Made by a program: the position numbers and the translations under genes. Below the pieces are notes generated by a model. The model worked only from the letters and a program-made list of their open reading frames with translations. It had not been told where the DNA came from and did no database searches. From NCBI RefSeq assembly GCF_006345805.1, contig NC_043003.1, forward strand, positions 87,854,001-87,918,000: 64,000 bases of DNA. The letters are read 5' to 3'. Shown here piece by piece: positions 38,055 to 49,422 of the stretch. Numbering within the stretch: position 1 is the first letter of the stretch; every line of letters starts with the position of its first letter. The DNA is from Octopus sinensis (taxonomy: Eukaryota).

Positions 38055-39923
38055 TGATGTTTTGGTTGTTGGACCAATGTATTAATGTAGCATTGTTTTA
38101 AAACGAAAGAGGCAATGCGTTTATTTCTAAAAAAAAAAAAAAAACCACAAATGTCCGCTAATGGGAAGACAGTTCATATTCGATTAGAGCACTCTGGGTA
38201 TAATCATAAAATTGAAAAATGGAATTTCGGTGGCGAATATTGTAGAGGACTCTAAAAAAAAGAAGTTTTTTAACCTGCAGGAAGATAGTTTAAACCCAAA
38301 AAGACAGACTGTAAACTCACATCTGCAATAGTGTATGAAATTAGAATTCACATCCAGCTCAGTTTTGTAGAAAGAGTATCACGACGTGAACGCATGAGTT
38401 GGGAGTTTGACTGACAGAGGTTATATGGTGACACATGCCAGTCCTTTCGACACCACCTAAACAATGAAACAGTGTATCAAATGTAATTAACAACTCATTC
38501 ATTTTATGAATTTCTTATGTTGGTGAAGAAACAATAACTTGACAAAACCGTTCAATGGAGACGTAGAAGGAATCGGAAAATGAGGAATAAAGAGACGAAT
38601 GAGTTGGATCAAATGTTTGCAAACATCTTAACCCAATCTTCTTTATGAACCATGTTCTTTTTAGTGTCTTTATTTTCAAGAATGAAGAGATAATCAAGAC
38701 GTGCAAAATAAAAACTCAAGCAGCTCGGTGGTTTGATAAGTTGGAGCGCTTACGCATAGGCATATTGAAAAGCAAATCTGAAAAATGAAATATTTGGAAA
38801 CCTAAAGTCGATTTGGTTTAGAATGAGAAAACGAATAAAATAGTTAAGATGTAAATATTTCAAAACTGGAAAATTTTTCAAATTTACAGAAAAATGTTTG
38901 TTAATGATGGTCGGCTTGAGCATACAAATAAATTTGTTTTATCCACGCAAAAGTAAATAATATCTGTTACCTTTCTGAAAGACCTGTGGTAGGAATATTT
39001 AAACTTTTGCGGCTGTCATTGAGAGACGCATTGGAGAAGAAAGAGAGACGGCGGAGGTGCCAAACGTCGTTATAGATAGAAGGGGGAAAAGAGAGAGATC
39101 GAGGAAGAAAAGGTGATATATGAAAGAGAGGACTGAAAAATGAAATATTTTGAAACCTAAAGATGATTTGTTTTAAGAGAAAGATTCTCATGATTGTGTG
39201 GTGGTGGTGGTGGCAATGATAATTCTCTTTATGAATGCAGACAGACGTAGAGAGAGAGAGAGTGACAGCACTGGCGAAGGAAAGATAGTAGACGCTATCA
39301 AATGACGTTATAGAGAGAAAGTGAAAGGAAGGGAGGAGAGAGAGATGGAGGAAGATAGGCAGACAATAGAATGCGATGGCGGCGAGGGAAAGATAATAGA
39401 TGCTGTGGAACGACGTTATAGATAGAAGGTGATGGGAAGGGAGGAAAGAGAGTGAGTGATGGAGGAAGACAGATACATAAAAGAATGAGAGTAGACTTGT
39501 CAAAGTGCGTTTTTGGCCCTAGCAACGACACCTTTTAAGATGGGGATTTCTAACCTAGCCCACTCGCATCCGCACCTCATTTTACTTGTCCCTGTAAATT
39601 TTGGAATCAATCCGATGGGATCTAGTGGCCTTTAACCCGTTCTCAATGCCAAAATCAGACAAATAAACAAACTTTTCACATTTCAGAATTATAATATAGA
39701 GATACACACACACACACACACACAAAGATAAATTGATAGGTACAACTGAGTGGGCAAAGAAAAATATGAGACACAGCCTAGTGCTTTTTTTATGTTGATA
39801 AGCCTGGTACTTATTCTATTAGTTTCTTGTGAAACCAGTAAGTTATGAGGATGTAAATAAACGAACAGCAGTTGTGAAGCAGTGATGAGGGCGAAACACA
39901 GAAACAAAGTCAGACACTTCTTC

Positions 39924-40107
39924 TGCAATGAAGTGGCTGTACTTCTCCATGGTGAACAGCACAATAAGCGAGACATAGCTATTCAAAGCCATGACGGTGG
40001 TCTTCAACGCATTCCTGAGACACATCATTCATACGACGCCCTGCAGTATCCCATTCTTTTTGCATACGGAAAAGATGGGTACCATTTTGGCATTCCTTAG
40101 CACAAAC
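39924..40107 (+). repeat. 184-bp exact copy of Helitron sequence 43447-43630, flanked by an 18-bp direct repeat
   Basis: Identical base by base from TGCAATGAAG to TAGCACAAAC. AAACAAAGTCAGACACTT occurs at 39902-39919 and 40104-40121. Confidence 0.95.
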
Positions 40108-42399
40108 AAAGTCAGACACTTACATATATACATACATATATATACGATTGATTTCTTTAAGTTTCTGTCTACGAAATCCATATATATATGCTCTCCATGC
40201 TAGCATGGGTTGGACGATTTTGACTGAGGGCCGGTGAACCAGCTGGATGCCCATCCTAACGCTAACCACTCCGAGAATGTAGTGGGTGCTTTTTACGTGC
40301 CACTGGCACAGGGCCAGTCAGGCGGTACTGGCAATGATCTCGCTTGAATCTTTTTACACATGCCAATGAAGCGACATTGGTAACGATCATGCTCGAATTG
40401 TGCCCTCTTACATGCCACGGGTACGGAAACCAGTTGGCTGCTCTGGCAACAATCACGTTTGGATGGTGCTCTTGGCACCCTACTTGCACATGCACAAGTG
40501 CCAGTAAAGTGACGCTGGTAACGATCATATTTGAATGGTGCCCTTTTATGTGCCACTGGCACGGAAGCCGGTTATCCGCTCTATCAACGATCACACTCGT
40601 ATGGTGCTCTTTGCACCCTGCTAGCCCAGATGTCAGTCATCGATTTTGATTTCACTTGCCTCAACAGGTCTTCGCAAGTAGAGTTTAGTGTCCACTACCA
40701 TATATATAGAGAGATAATACATACGTACAAATACACACATATATACAAATACCTGTCAATCTTTTCAAATACGATCGACAAACATTTATTCCCTACAAAC
40801 TGACATTTTTGAGAATATTTTTTAAAACACATTTACTAACTACCATATATATATATAGAGAGAGACTAGAAGACAAACCCGGCCTTGCTTGGGATTAAAA
40901 TAGTTTATTATTGTTTTACTTGTTTCGGTATTATAACCTGGTTTTGATTTGGGTCTACACGGGCCACATTTTAAAAGATGAAGAATGTTGCTCTGGAGGC
41001 CACGCGTTTCTAAACTATGCAAACTCGCCAGCACTTTTAACATAGGTGTGCAAATTTTCAGCTCAATCTGATCACATATGCACACATTATATATATACAT
41101 ACGCATTAAATATATATGCATTACATACATACACACACACACACATATATATACAGCCATTATATATATAAATTATTTATATATATATATATATATATAT
41201 ACAGCCATTATATATATATATATATACACACACACACGCACACATATATAAATTAACATAATAAATATCTGATTAATAATATCTGTTATCATTATTGTGC
41301 GGTGGTGGTGGGCGATAATAATTCACTGTTGTAAAAGCCCTGTAGCGGGAATATTTAAACTTCAAGAGAGCGAAATATATTTCCGACATAATATAATTAT
41401 TTACTATTTTATTCCTCTTCATTAATCACACTTATATAGATACAGAAAGACGTACAGAAAGAGAGAGAGAGAGGCTGGGGAAGAAAGAGTGACAGAGAGA
41501 CAGCGAATGCAGAGAGGGAAAGAGAGTAAGTAGAAGCTGTCGAAAGCTGTTATAGAGATAAATAGGAGGGAAGGGGGAAAGAGAGAGATGGAAGAAAAAA
41601 GGGTGATAACCGTAAGAGAGAAACAACAAACACTTGTCAAAGTCCGTTTAAAGACGATGAATTTTCACTCTTTTTGCTATAGCAACCACATCTTTATAGC
41701 TTGCAAATTTTAATCATCGTGGGTCTTATCCTCAACATGCATTTAGTATCCTTGCCAATTTTCAGCTCGATCCTAGCATCTGTTTGGCCGCCATTAACCA
41801 TCAAAGCAAATTGTGCATACAATTTTCGTTCAAGGACTGTTTTATAGATATATAGAATACACACTACATACATACATACACCTGTCAGTTTCTTTATTTT
41901 CTGTTTCTTATTCCCTTTTCCCCTTTCAATTTTATGCATACTTTCCAAGACAATTTCTCTGTACAAGTAACTTTCACATTAACAGTCAAACATTTATTCC
42001 CTACAAACTGAGTTTTTTGAAAGTGTTTTTTAAAACACATTTACTTACTACCATATATATATAGACACAATACACACTAATACACATACATACATACATA
42101 CATACAAACACACACATACATAGAAATACCTGGCAATCTTTTTCAAATAGATCGACAGTCAAACATTTCTTCCTTACAGACTTTGAAAATCGTTTTTAAA
42201 ACACATTTACTTACTACCATATATATAGAGAAAGATAATACACACTAATACATTCTTACATACAAATACACACATACAAACAAATACCTGTCAGTTTATT
42301 TATTTGCTGTTTCTTATCACCCTTTCCCCTTTCAATTTTACGCATACTTTCCAATACAATTTCTCTGTACAAGTAACTTTTACCCTTTCTTTGGGACAT

Positions 42400-44350
42400 G
42401 AAATGCTGCCGAAAAACAGAAGTCGTCTCAGTCGCCATACCGCATCAGCACTGGCACTAAAGACAATTAGAGCAAACGAACCCTCCGACCAAACTGCTTT
42501 TAGACTTTCACAGAGCGCCTTAAGTTCAGCGGAATGTCAAACTGCTGAAAGTTTCCAACAGCGCACTGTATGCCTAGACAAAATGGCTTCATATACTGCT
42601 GCTTCCAGAGTGACTCACCTGGCTAGAAATGCTGCTACCAGAGCTTCAAAGGGCCACTTGACTGGCTACAAACGCGGCTACCGCTGATTCCAGGTCTTCC
42701 AAACGTTTGGAACAATGGATGACTCGCCTTGCTAGTAACGCTACGGCTATGACTGTTTCCATGGCTTCTGAAGATGCAGATGGCTGGTCCATTACCATTA
42801 CAAGTGTGGCTTCTGCTACTGCTGCGAGACCTTCCCATGACTAACACGAGCACCGTTCTACATTGCAGCAGAACAGTTGACGGTGAGAAGCTGTCTGCAG
42901 TGTGATGAGTCCCAACAGCCCTAACTGGCACCTACGGGCTTTCAAGTATGAGCCCAACTTTAATTACTCCATCCGCACTGACATAAATATAGGGGAAATG
43001 CGCTTCAATTGCCAATTCTGCAATGCCTTTCAAGGAACTACTTACTGGTTTACCTCAAGGTCATCCAAATTCCTTCAAATCATCATGAATTACAATTGTG
43101 CATTTCAGATGACTTCTTTTGGGGCTAACATTGTCACAGACTGTAGTTGGATACCTACTTTCAAGACCCAGGGACAGGTGTACCATTTTACTGGGTTGCT
43201 CCAGCCACTACAAAATTGCAAGCCTTTGTTCCTCCAAATTTACTTTATTTCGAACTACAGTAGGCAACTTGTTGTATGGTTCGGAGTTATTCCACCACCT
43301 GCAAACACTGACGCTGACACTTTTGACAGGGATGTGCTGCTCAGTTTGCAAAACATGCTTCATGAGCACATCTATATTCGCAGTTTCAAATATGCCTTGC
43401 AAACAGAGTGGGGGGGAGGTATGCATACCGTTATGACGCTTCTTCGTGCAATGAAGTGGCTGTACTTCTCCATGGTGAACAGCACAATAAGCGAGACATA
43501 GCTATTCAAAGCCATGACGGTGGTCTTCAACGCATTCCTGAGACACATCATTCATACGACGCCCTGCAGTATCCCATTCTTTTTGCATACGGAAAAGATG
43601 GGTACCATTTTGGCATTCCTTAGCACAAACCAAACGAGCCCACTGCTGCGGCATCCAAAACTGTTTCATGTATGGCTTTCTACTCGTACCGTGTCATGAC
43701 AAGCCCTAATGATTTTTATCACCTTGCACAGGTCATGGGAACTGTTTCACCAGTTTGCAGTTGACATGGCTGCACCGATGTAGATGTGATTCATAAAATT
43801 GAATCAGAAGCAGCTGCGCTCAGACTCCTACATCCATTTGCGTGATGGCATCAGGAATGACACTGACCCAAGGAACATCGGCAAAATGTGCATTCTCCCC
43901 TCAACCTATACAGGGGTGCCACGGTACATGTATTAGTGAACACAAGATGCTATGACTTTCGTTCGGCATTATGGGTGCCCTGATTTCTTCATCACATTTA
44001 CGTGTAACCCCAAGTGGGTTGAGGTAACGCATGAACTTCTCTCACGGCACCAGTACTGCCATCAGCATGATATTATTGCCAGCGTTTGCAGGCAGAAACT
44101 GGCTAAGCTAATTAATTTGATAAAAAAAAGGGCACGTTTTTGGGCCTGTTAAGTGCCACATGTATACTGTTGAGTGGCAGAAGAGAAGGTTGCCACACAC
44201 GCACATTTTCATTTGGTTGGTCACCAAAATAAACCCTATAGTTCTAGATGACACCATCAAAGCAGAAATCCCAGACCCCACTGTTGACAGGCAGCTGTAC
44301 GACATTGTGAAGGCACACATTGTGCATGGTCCGTGCGGTCCCGGTTTTCA
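42400..44350 (+). mobile_element. Helitron RepHel remnant (N-terminus to Rep motif 2)
   Basis: YNCAFQMTSFGA..FKTQGQVYH..PLFLQIYF, SYDALQYPILF, YGCPDFFITFTCNPKW (motif 1), YTVEWQKRRLPHTHI (HUH motif 2) and HGPCG. Repeated upstream modules lie at 40750-42390. Confidence 0.92.
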
Positions 44351-44399
44351 ACAGTTCTCCTCATGCCGCAAAGAGCATATAGAGCGATAGGTGAATAGG

Positions 44400-46700
44400 A
44401 ATAAAGCTTAAAGGCATGGAAATAGATATATTTAGTGGAAGTGAAATGTAAGAAGACAGTCAAAGGCCAAATTTTATAGAATGGTAGAAATCACTTATAG
44501 GAACTAAAGGTATTTAATTCCAGATGCAGGAGTGGCTGTGTGGTAAGTAGCTTGCTTACCAACATGTTTACAAGAGGATTTTTTGAGAGCAGGATGAAAT
44601 ACATTTCACTGTTACAAAGCTGACAAAAAGATTTACCTTTATCATACGGAGAGTATTCCATTCCAAGTCAAATTGCTTATTACGATCCTTTATATACCAA
44701 ATTAATTTACTAAGCCCAGTATTGTTACTTTTATTGATATGTCTTAATGTAGAGTAATGATTAGATATTCTTTTGGACAACTGAGATGAAGAACTACCTA
44801 TATAAATAAAGAAGACGCCAGAACTGGAAGTAAGTTTACATTGATAGAGTTTCTAGTCTTAGAATTGCTGCTAAGAAAATGAATGCGATTGAAGTCAACA
44901 TCAAACACACTAACACAGCTGCTATTATTATTTAAAGAATGGTTAGTGCTAATAAAATCAATGTTATTATTTTCATTAAGTGGATTTGTATTTAACAGCT
45001 TATGCAAAGAGATATTTTGTGAAAGATTTTTTGTGTTAGAAAAACCTATCTTGATTCAGTGTGAATTAATAATCAAATAGTATCTTGAATTTCCTGGGAA
45101 ATTCTTTCTTATAGCTTCACAAAACTGGTAAGGGAGGTTGGATTTGATCTGCTTACCACATGGAATTATTAACCAAACAGTTTTGCTAGGACGGGTAATT
45201 ATCTTTAAAAGTCCTCGATGTACCTTTATAATGTAAAAAGGGTCTTAAATAACGGTTATCTCCCTTATGCTGCAGAATTACATTACTTGATTTGGTGTTG
45301 TTATTTGAAATAAAGTTAATGTTGTTATGACTTGATTTCATGTCCTGATTAATAGAAGTAGAATTAATGTCAATAGGGTTAAAATAGGTAATTTTTTCTT
45401 TAACTTGTTTTAAGTAAGGCAGAGTTATAAAATTCTGCTTTATTGTTGAAGATATCAACATAAGATAATCTAGAAAATCAAAGTGAAATATTCCTAACTA
45501 AATTCTTTGGAATAGCCTTAGAGTGATTACTGAAAGAGCTAATATATCTTTAATTAGTTGAGGGTTTATGGTATGGGAAATATGAATCATTGTGCAAGTT
45601 AAGGGTAATATCCAAAAAGATGGCTTTAGTTATATCATTGTGAAAAACAATGCTTGAGCCCATGTTTTGGAAAAATTTAACCAAACTATTCTTAACCTTT
45701 TGTAAAGGATATATATACGGATCAAATAAGCGATTTGTGCTAAATCAGAACTTCCCATTGTGACATCAAAACTGTCGAGTATATCTTTCTGGACCCATAG
45801 CTTGTTATTGAATTTAATAATAGATTTTCTGGCGGCTAACATGACATTAATTTAATTCCTGGTGAGACCTGCTTTGTTGTGAGTGAGCCAGAGTGTCTTG
45901 TTGAGTACAGTTGGGTTGATAGACGAATAGAAACTAGAAATGTCAAACAGGATAAACTTAGTGCACTTCTTGTTATTTAATAGAATTAAACCAGTCAACC
46001 ACTTGGAATGAATTAGACCATAAATTAAGCTTTAATTTTTTAACTAAGGTAGGAATATATTTATCTAGAACATTTTTGCTAAGTACACCGAGCTAGAAGG
46101 ACAAATAAGTCGTAAGGGTGATCTTTTAAAATAAAACAAGGTTGTTTAGGATCAATGGGTTCTGTCTTCATCCGTAGGTTATATTTCTCCATAATTTTCT
46201 TAGCCTCAAGGTTGGCTTTCCTGATTGCACTTTTACCAGTAATCCTATAATTCTTTTGTATTTCTTTCCTAAGCAATTCTAGTTAGTAATCCTTGGTAAG
46301 TCTGTATAAGTTTCCTGTTTTATCAGATTGAACCAGTATCCCATCAATGTTTTGAATTTCTTTGGTGATATTGTGAATATACCTCAGATGTTTATTCCTT
46401 AAGGGTGAACGATGGAATTTCACATTCCTTACGATAGACCAGAGATCGTCTTCAAACTGTTTCAATCTTGGGTGAGGTGGAGGATTGTTTTTAAATTTAA
46501 ACAATTTGCTGAATTCAGAAGCTGGATCGTTAGAGAGCTGTTTAATGTCTTTATTGTCTAAGAAAAAAACAAGCCATCTAATACGGGGAATAAAGGAGTT
46601 TGTCTTACTAATGAGTTGCTTAAGAAAAACCTTCCTTAGGGGAATGGGTATATCCTTAAGTGATGCGTTTATATCAAATAACTCCATATGTGGTAAGTAT
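44400..46700 (-). mobile_element. Near full-length, degraded Penelope-like element (RT followed by C-terminal GIY-YIG endonuclease)
   Basis: In order on the minus strand: SLKDIPIP..RIRWLVFF..FEDDL..SDKTGNLY; FILKDH; FDISSFYSSI; FDVTMGSSDLAQI; FLDITLNL..PYHKP; RISNHYSTLRH..TGLSKLIWYIK; CQLCNSEMYFI. Confidence 0.8.
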
Positions 46701-47403
46701 TTTATTAGCAGGTTATATGGAAACCTGATTGAAGTGTATATAAATGTATGTGTATTTTTTCAATGTTTACAAATAACACGGAAAACAAAAAAATAAATAG
46801 TTACCTAAGAAATTCATAGCATAGTTTTCCATGCTGGCATGTGTTGGGTGGTTTGACTGGAGACTGGCAAGCCAGGAGGCTGCACCAGGCTCCAATCTGA
46901 TCTGGCAATGTTTCTACAGCTTGATGCCCTTCCTAACGCCACACCAAGTGTGGTGGGTGCTTTTTACGTGCCACTGGCACGGGAGCCAGTTTGAAACTAG
47001 TTTGCAGATGGCTGACCTCCCCTGTTTGAAGGTTATAATGGACACAGGTTCATGTGTCACATAGCTAGCTAGAGGTGATGGCCTCTTGGAGCTAATCAAT
47101 GGCAGCATTCGTCCTACATTTCTGGACTGCCATATTAGCTTGGTTATAACTATTAATATCCAGTACTGCTGCTGTAGTCTCCTTTAGAGAGACTTAGAAA
47201 TATTTCTATTGAATATTACTATTTTTTGGCAACTTTGTTTTTTATTCTAACACAGCTGGAATAGTTATTTTCTTATGCTAGCTATTCAAATGTTGAAGAT
47301 GAAATCTGTTTTTGGCAGTTCATGAACCCCCAATGGTTATATGTCTGGTCAACAGTATGTTTCTGTTGTAATGTTCAAACTGATTGGTCAACTTGTACTT
47401 TAA

Positions 47404-47994
47404 TCCTTTCATTACTGTATTTCTGACCAAAATAAACCCCTCATAAGTTTCAATTAAATTCTAAAATAACCATGAATTTAGACTAGTTTCATTAAACAGC
47501 TGTAACTGTTTTACTTATATCAACATATTAAAGTGATATTTGGAACACAATTGAAGAAAAGATCCTTAATCAATTCTATTGAATAACTTCTGTCTCAAAG
47601 CAACTTTAATTACAGGTAAACTGAGTAAAAGATAAAAATATTTAAATTTTGTTTAAACATCACCATAGAAGATGAATCATCAGCTAATACTCAATTGGGC
47701 ATGCAACAAAATTTTAATATAGTCGAATTGTGCACATCACTAGATTATCAGTTGAATTTAATGCACAGAAGAACAGGTGAAGGTAAAATAAAATGGAATA
47801 CTGGAATTTGCTTTTGAAGAAAAAAGCTAGAAAATTAAATACATCAACTAAATGAAATATACTCACACACATTCATGAATACACAATAACATATAATAAA
47901 GTCAAAACCTGTCACTCACCTTACCGGCAAATTAAAATTACAGGTAAAGAAAATGTAAAAACAAAGTAAATTTGAAAAATATTTATACAATTAA

Positions 47995-48056
<62 letters not shown>

Positions 48057-49201
48057 ATATTTCTATCACGGAAACTTGTAAAATGTCCCACTCTACGTAC
48101 TGCATCCTTGCAGATTGCACATTGGAAAGTTCTTTTGCGACCCCTGATTGTTTTACTTTATAGAAATCAGCTGAACTCAGAGGGATATCTCTCTGGCAGG
48201 TTTTCCTACTTGCAGTTATGTTTTTGGAAGAATAACCTGCTCGCTACTATGTTGCTACATCTGCTCAGAACTGCAGATGGTCGCACCACTTGCGGGCCAC
48301 TTCTGGTTTGGTATATAATATAAATGCATTTACAATGCGCATGGTTACTATATACCAAACCAGGTATTGCCACCATTTATTACCCGGTCTACCAACCGGA
48401 TAACTCCTAAATACTAGTTCAGTTTCACAAATCGTATTTGTGATACAATACTGGAAACGTACTGATTTCCAAAAGATTCCTGATTGCTTCAGTAATTTGT
48501 AATCCTGTGTAATTGTCTTATACCCATAATCATATGTACAGCAAAAAATGCCCGTATTTCTTCTATGCTTGTGCAAAATGACACGCTATCTTTTTTCCCA
48601 GTTTGTTTATATTATTTTGTGTAATGGTTTGCTTCTGCAGTGGTGGCTTCAAACAAGCATACTGGAAAAAATAAGGAAAAGTAGTCTTACGGTTTTGCTT
48701 CTTGAGAAAGACTATGGGTAGAGGTGCTCCATTCAGGTGTAAAATCGTCCTCGCTGTCACCATCGCCACTTCCAGTTTCTTTAGAATTGCTGCCTTCAGT
48801 TTCAGATACAAAAACATCCGATTCATTCTTGTACACCACATGCTTTTGTACTTCATTCTTTTTCTTGATATCTCCATATTTACTGTTGAAAAACTCTCAA
48901 ATTCAGAATCACTGCTTGATAGCATAAAACTCCTATCATTTTCAAAGTTGAAAAATATCGATGCAGGGAAATTTTGGAAATTCACTGAGCTCAGAAGTCA
49001 TGTCATATCAAGTCAAACAATGTTGGATACTATAACTCAGCTATTTACAAAGTGAAATCACGTGTTTTCACGAATGTACTGAGATTTGTGTTCAAATTCA
49101 CATTTAAATAACAATGGGTACTCTTGGCCGACTATGGCTGGGTTAGTCGTTTGAACCAAAAAGTTTTACGGCTGGCTATAGCCAGATTGGTATCAGAAAG
49201 G
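47404..49201 (-). mobile_element. Internally deleted piggyBac (1798 bp) with TTAA on both sides
   Basis: TTAA at 47400-47403 and 49202-49205. Ends TCCTTTCATTACT and (minus) CCTTTCTGATACC resemble the CCCTTTCGTTACT terminus of the second copy. The acidic N-terminus is joined to YPVGRPGNKWW; the catalytic core is missing. Confidence 0.8.
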
Positions 49202-49422
49202 TTAATTACACTTCCATACTGCCCTCTTGATTGTTTGCATCTGATTACATACTCCGTTGTCACTTATTTCCTTGTAGAACCTAGTTTTCAAATATTGTCT
49301 TTAATAAATATAATTATACCCTTTGTACTTGTGAATTTAGTTTAGAAACATTTTTTTACTTGATCATATAAATTAAGTAATTTCTCATACATTAATTATA
49401 ATTTAATATTTTTACATTACAG

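Noticed and set aside
37548-38085. Three overlapping 104-159 aa ORFs rich in Y/I/C/V
   Set aside because: They are translations of the (TA)n(TG)m microsatellite, which lacks stop codons in these frames.
5990-44350. The three Helitron remnants as parts of one split element, since together they cover N-terminus, Rep and helicase
   Set aside because: They are out of order, their overlapping motifs differ (EFQKHGLLH versus EWQKRRLPH), and they are separated by genes. They are independent insertions.
44522-44563. tRNA gene candidates at the A/B-box-like heads (also about 10530 and 56465)
   Set aside because: No complete cloverleaf, and the sequences continue into SINE bodies or are truncated. 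They are tRNA-derived SINE heads.
44400-46700. Selenocysteine-recoding TGA codons in the Penelope-like ORFs, as reported for some Naiad elements
   Set aside because: The domain order here is RT then endonuclease (not Naiad-type), and the copies have mixed stops and frameshifts consistent with ordinary decay.
47625-47790. Possible extra exon (AG...GT-bounded open stretch) before the large exon
   Set aside because: It lies inside the first piggyBac's terminal region, has no compositional similarity to the other exons, and is not needed for frame continuity.
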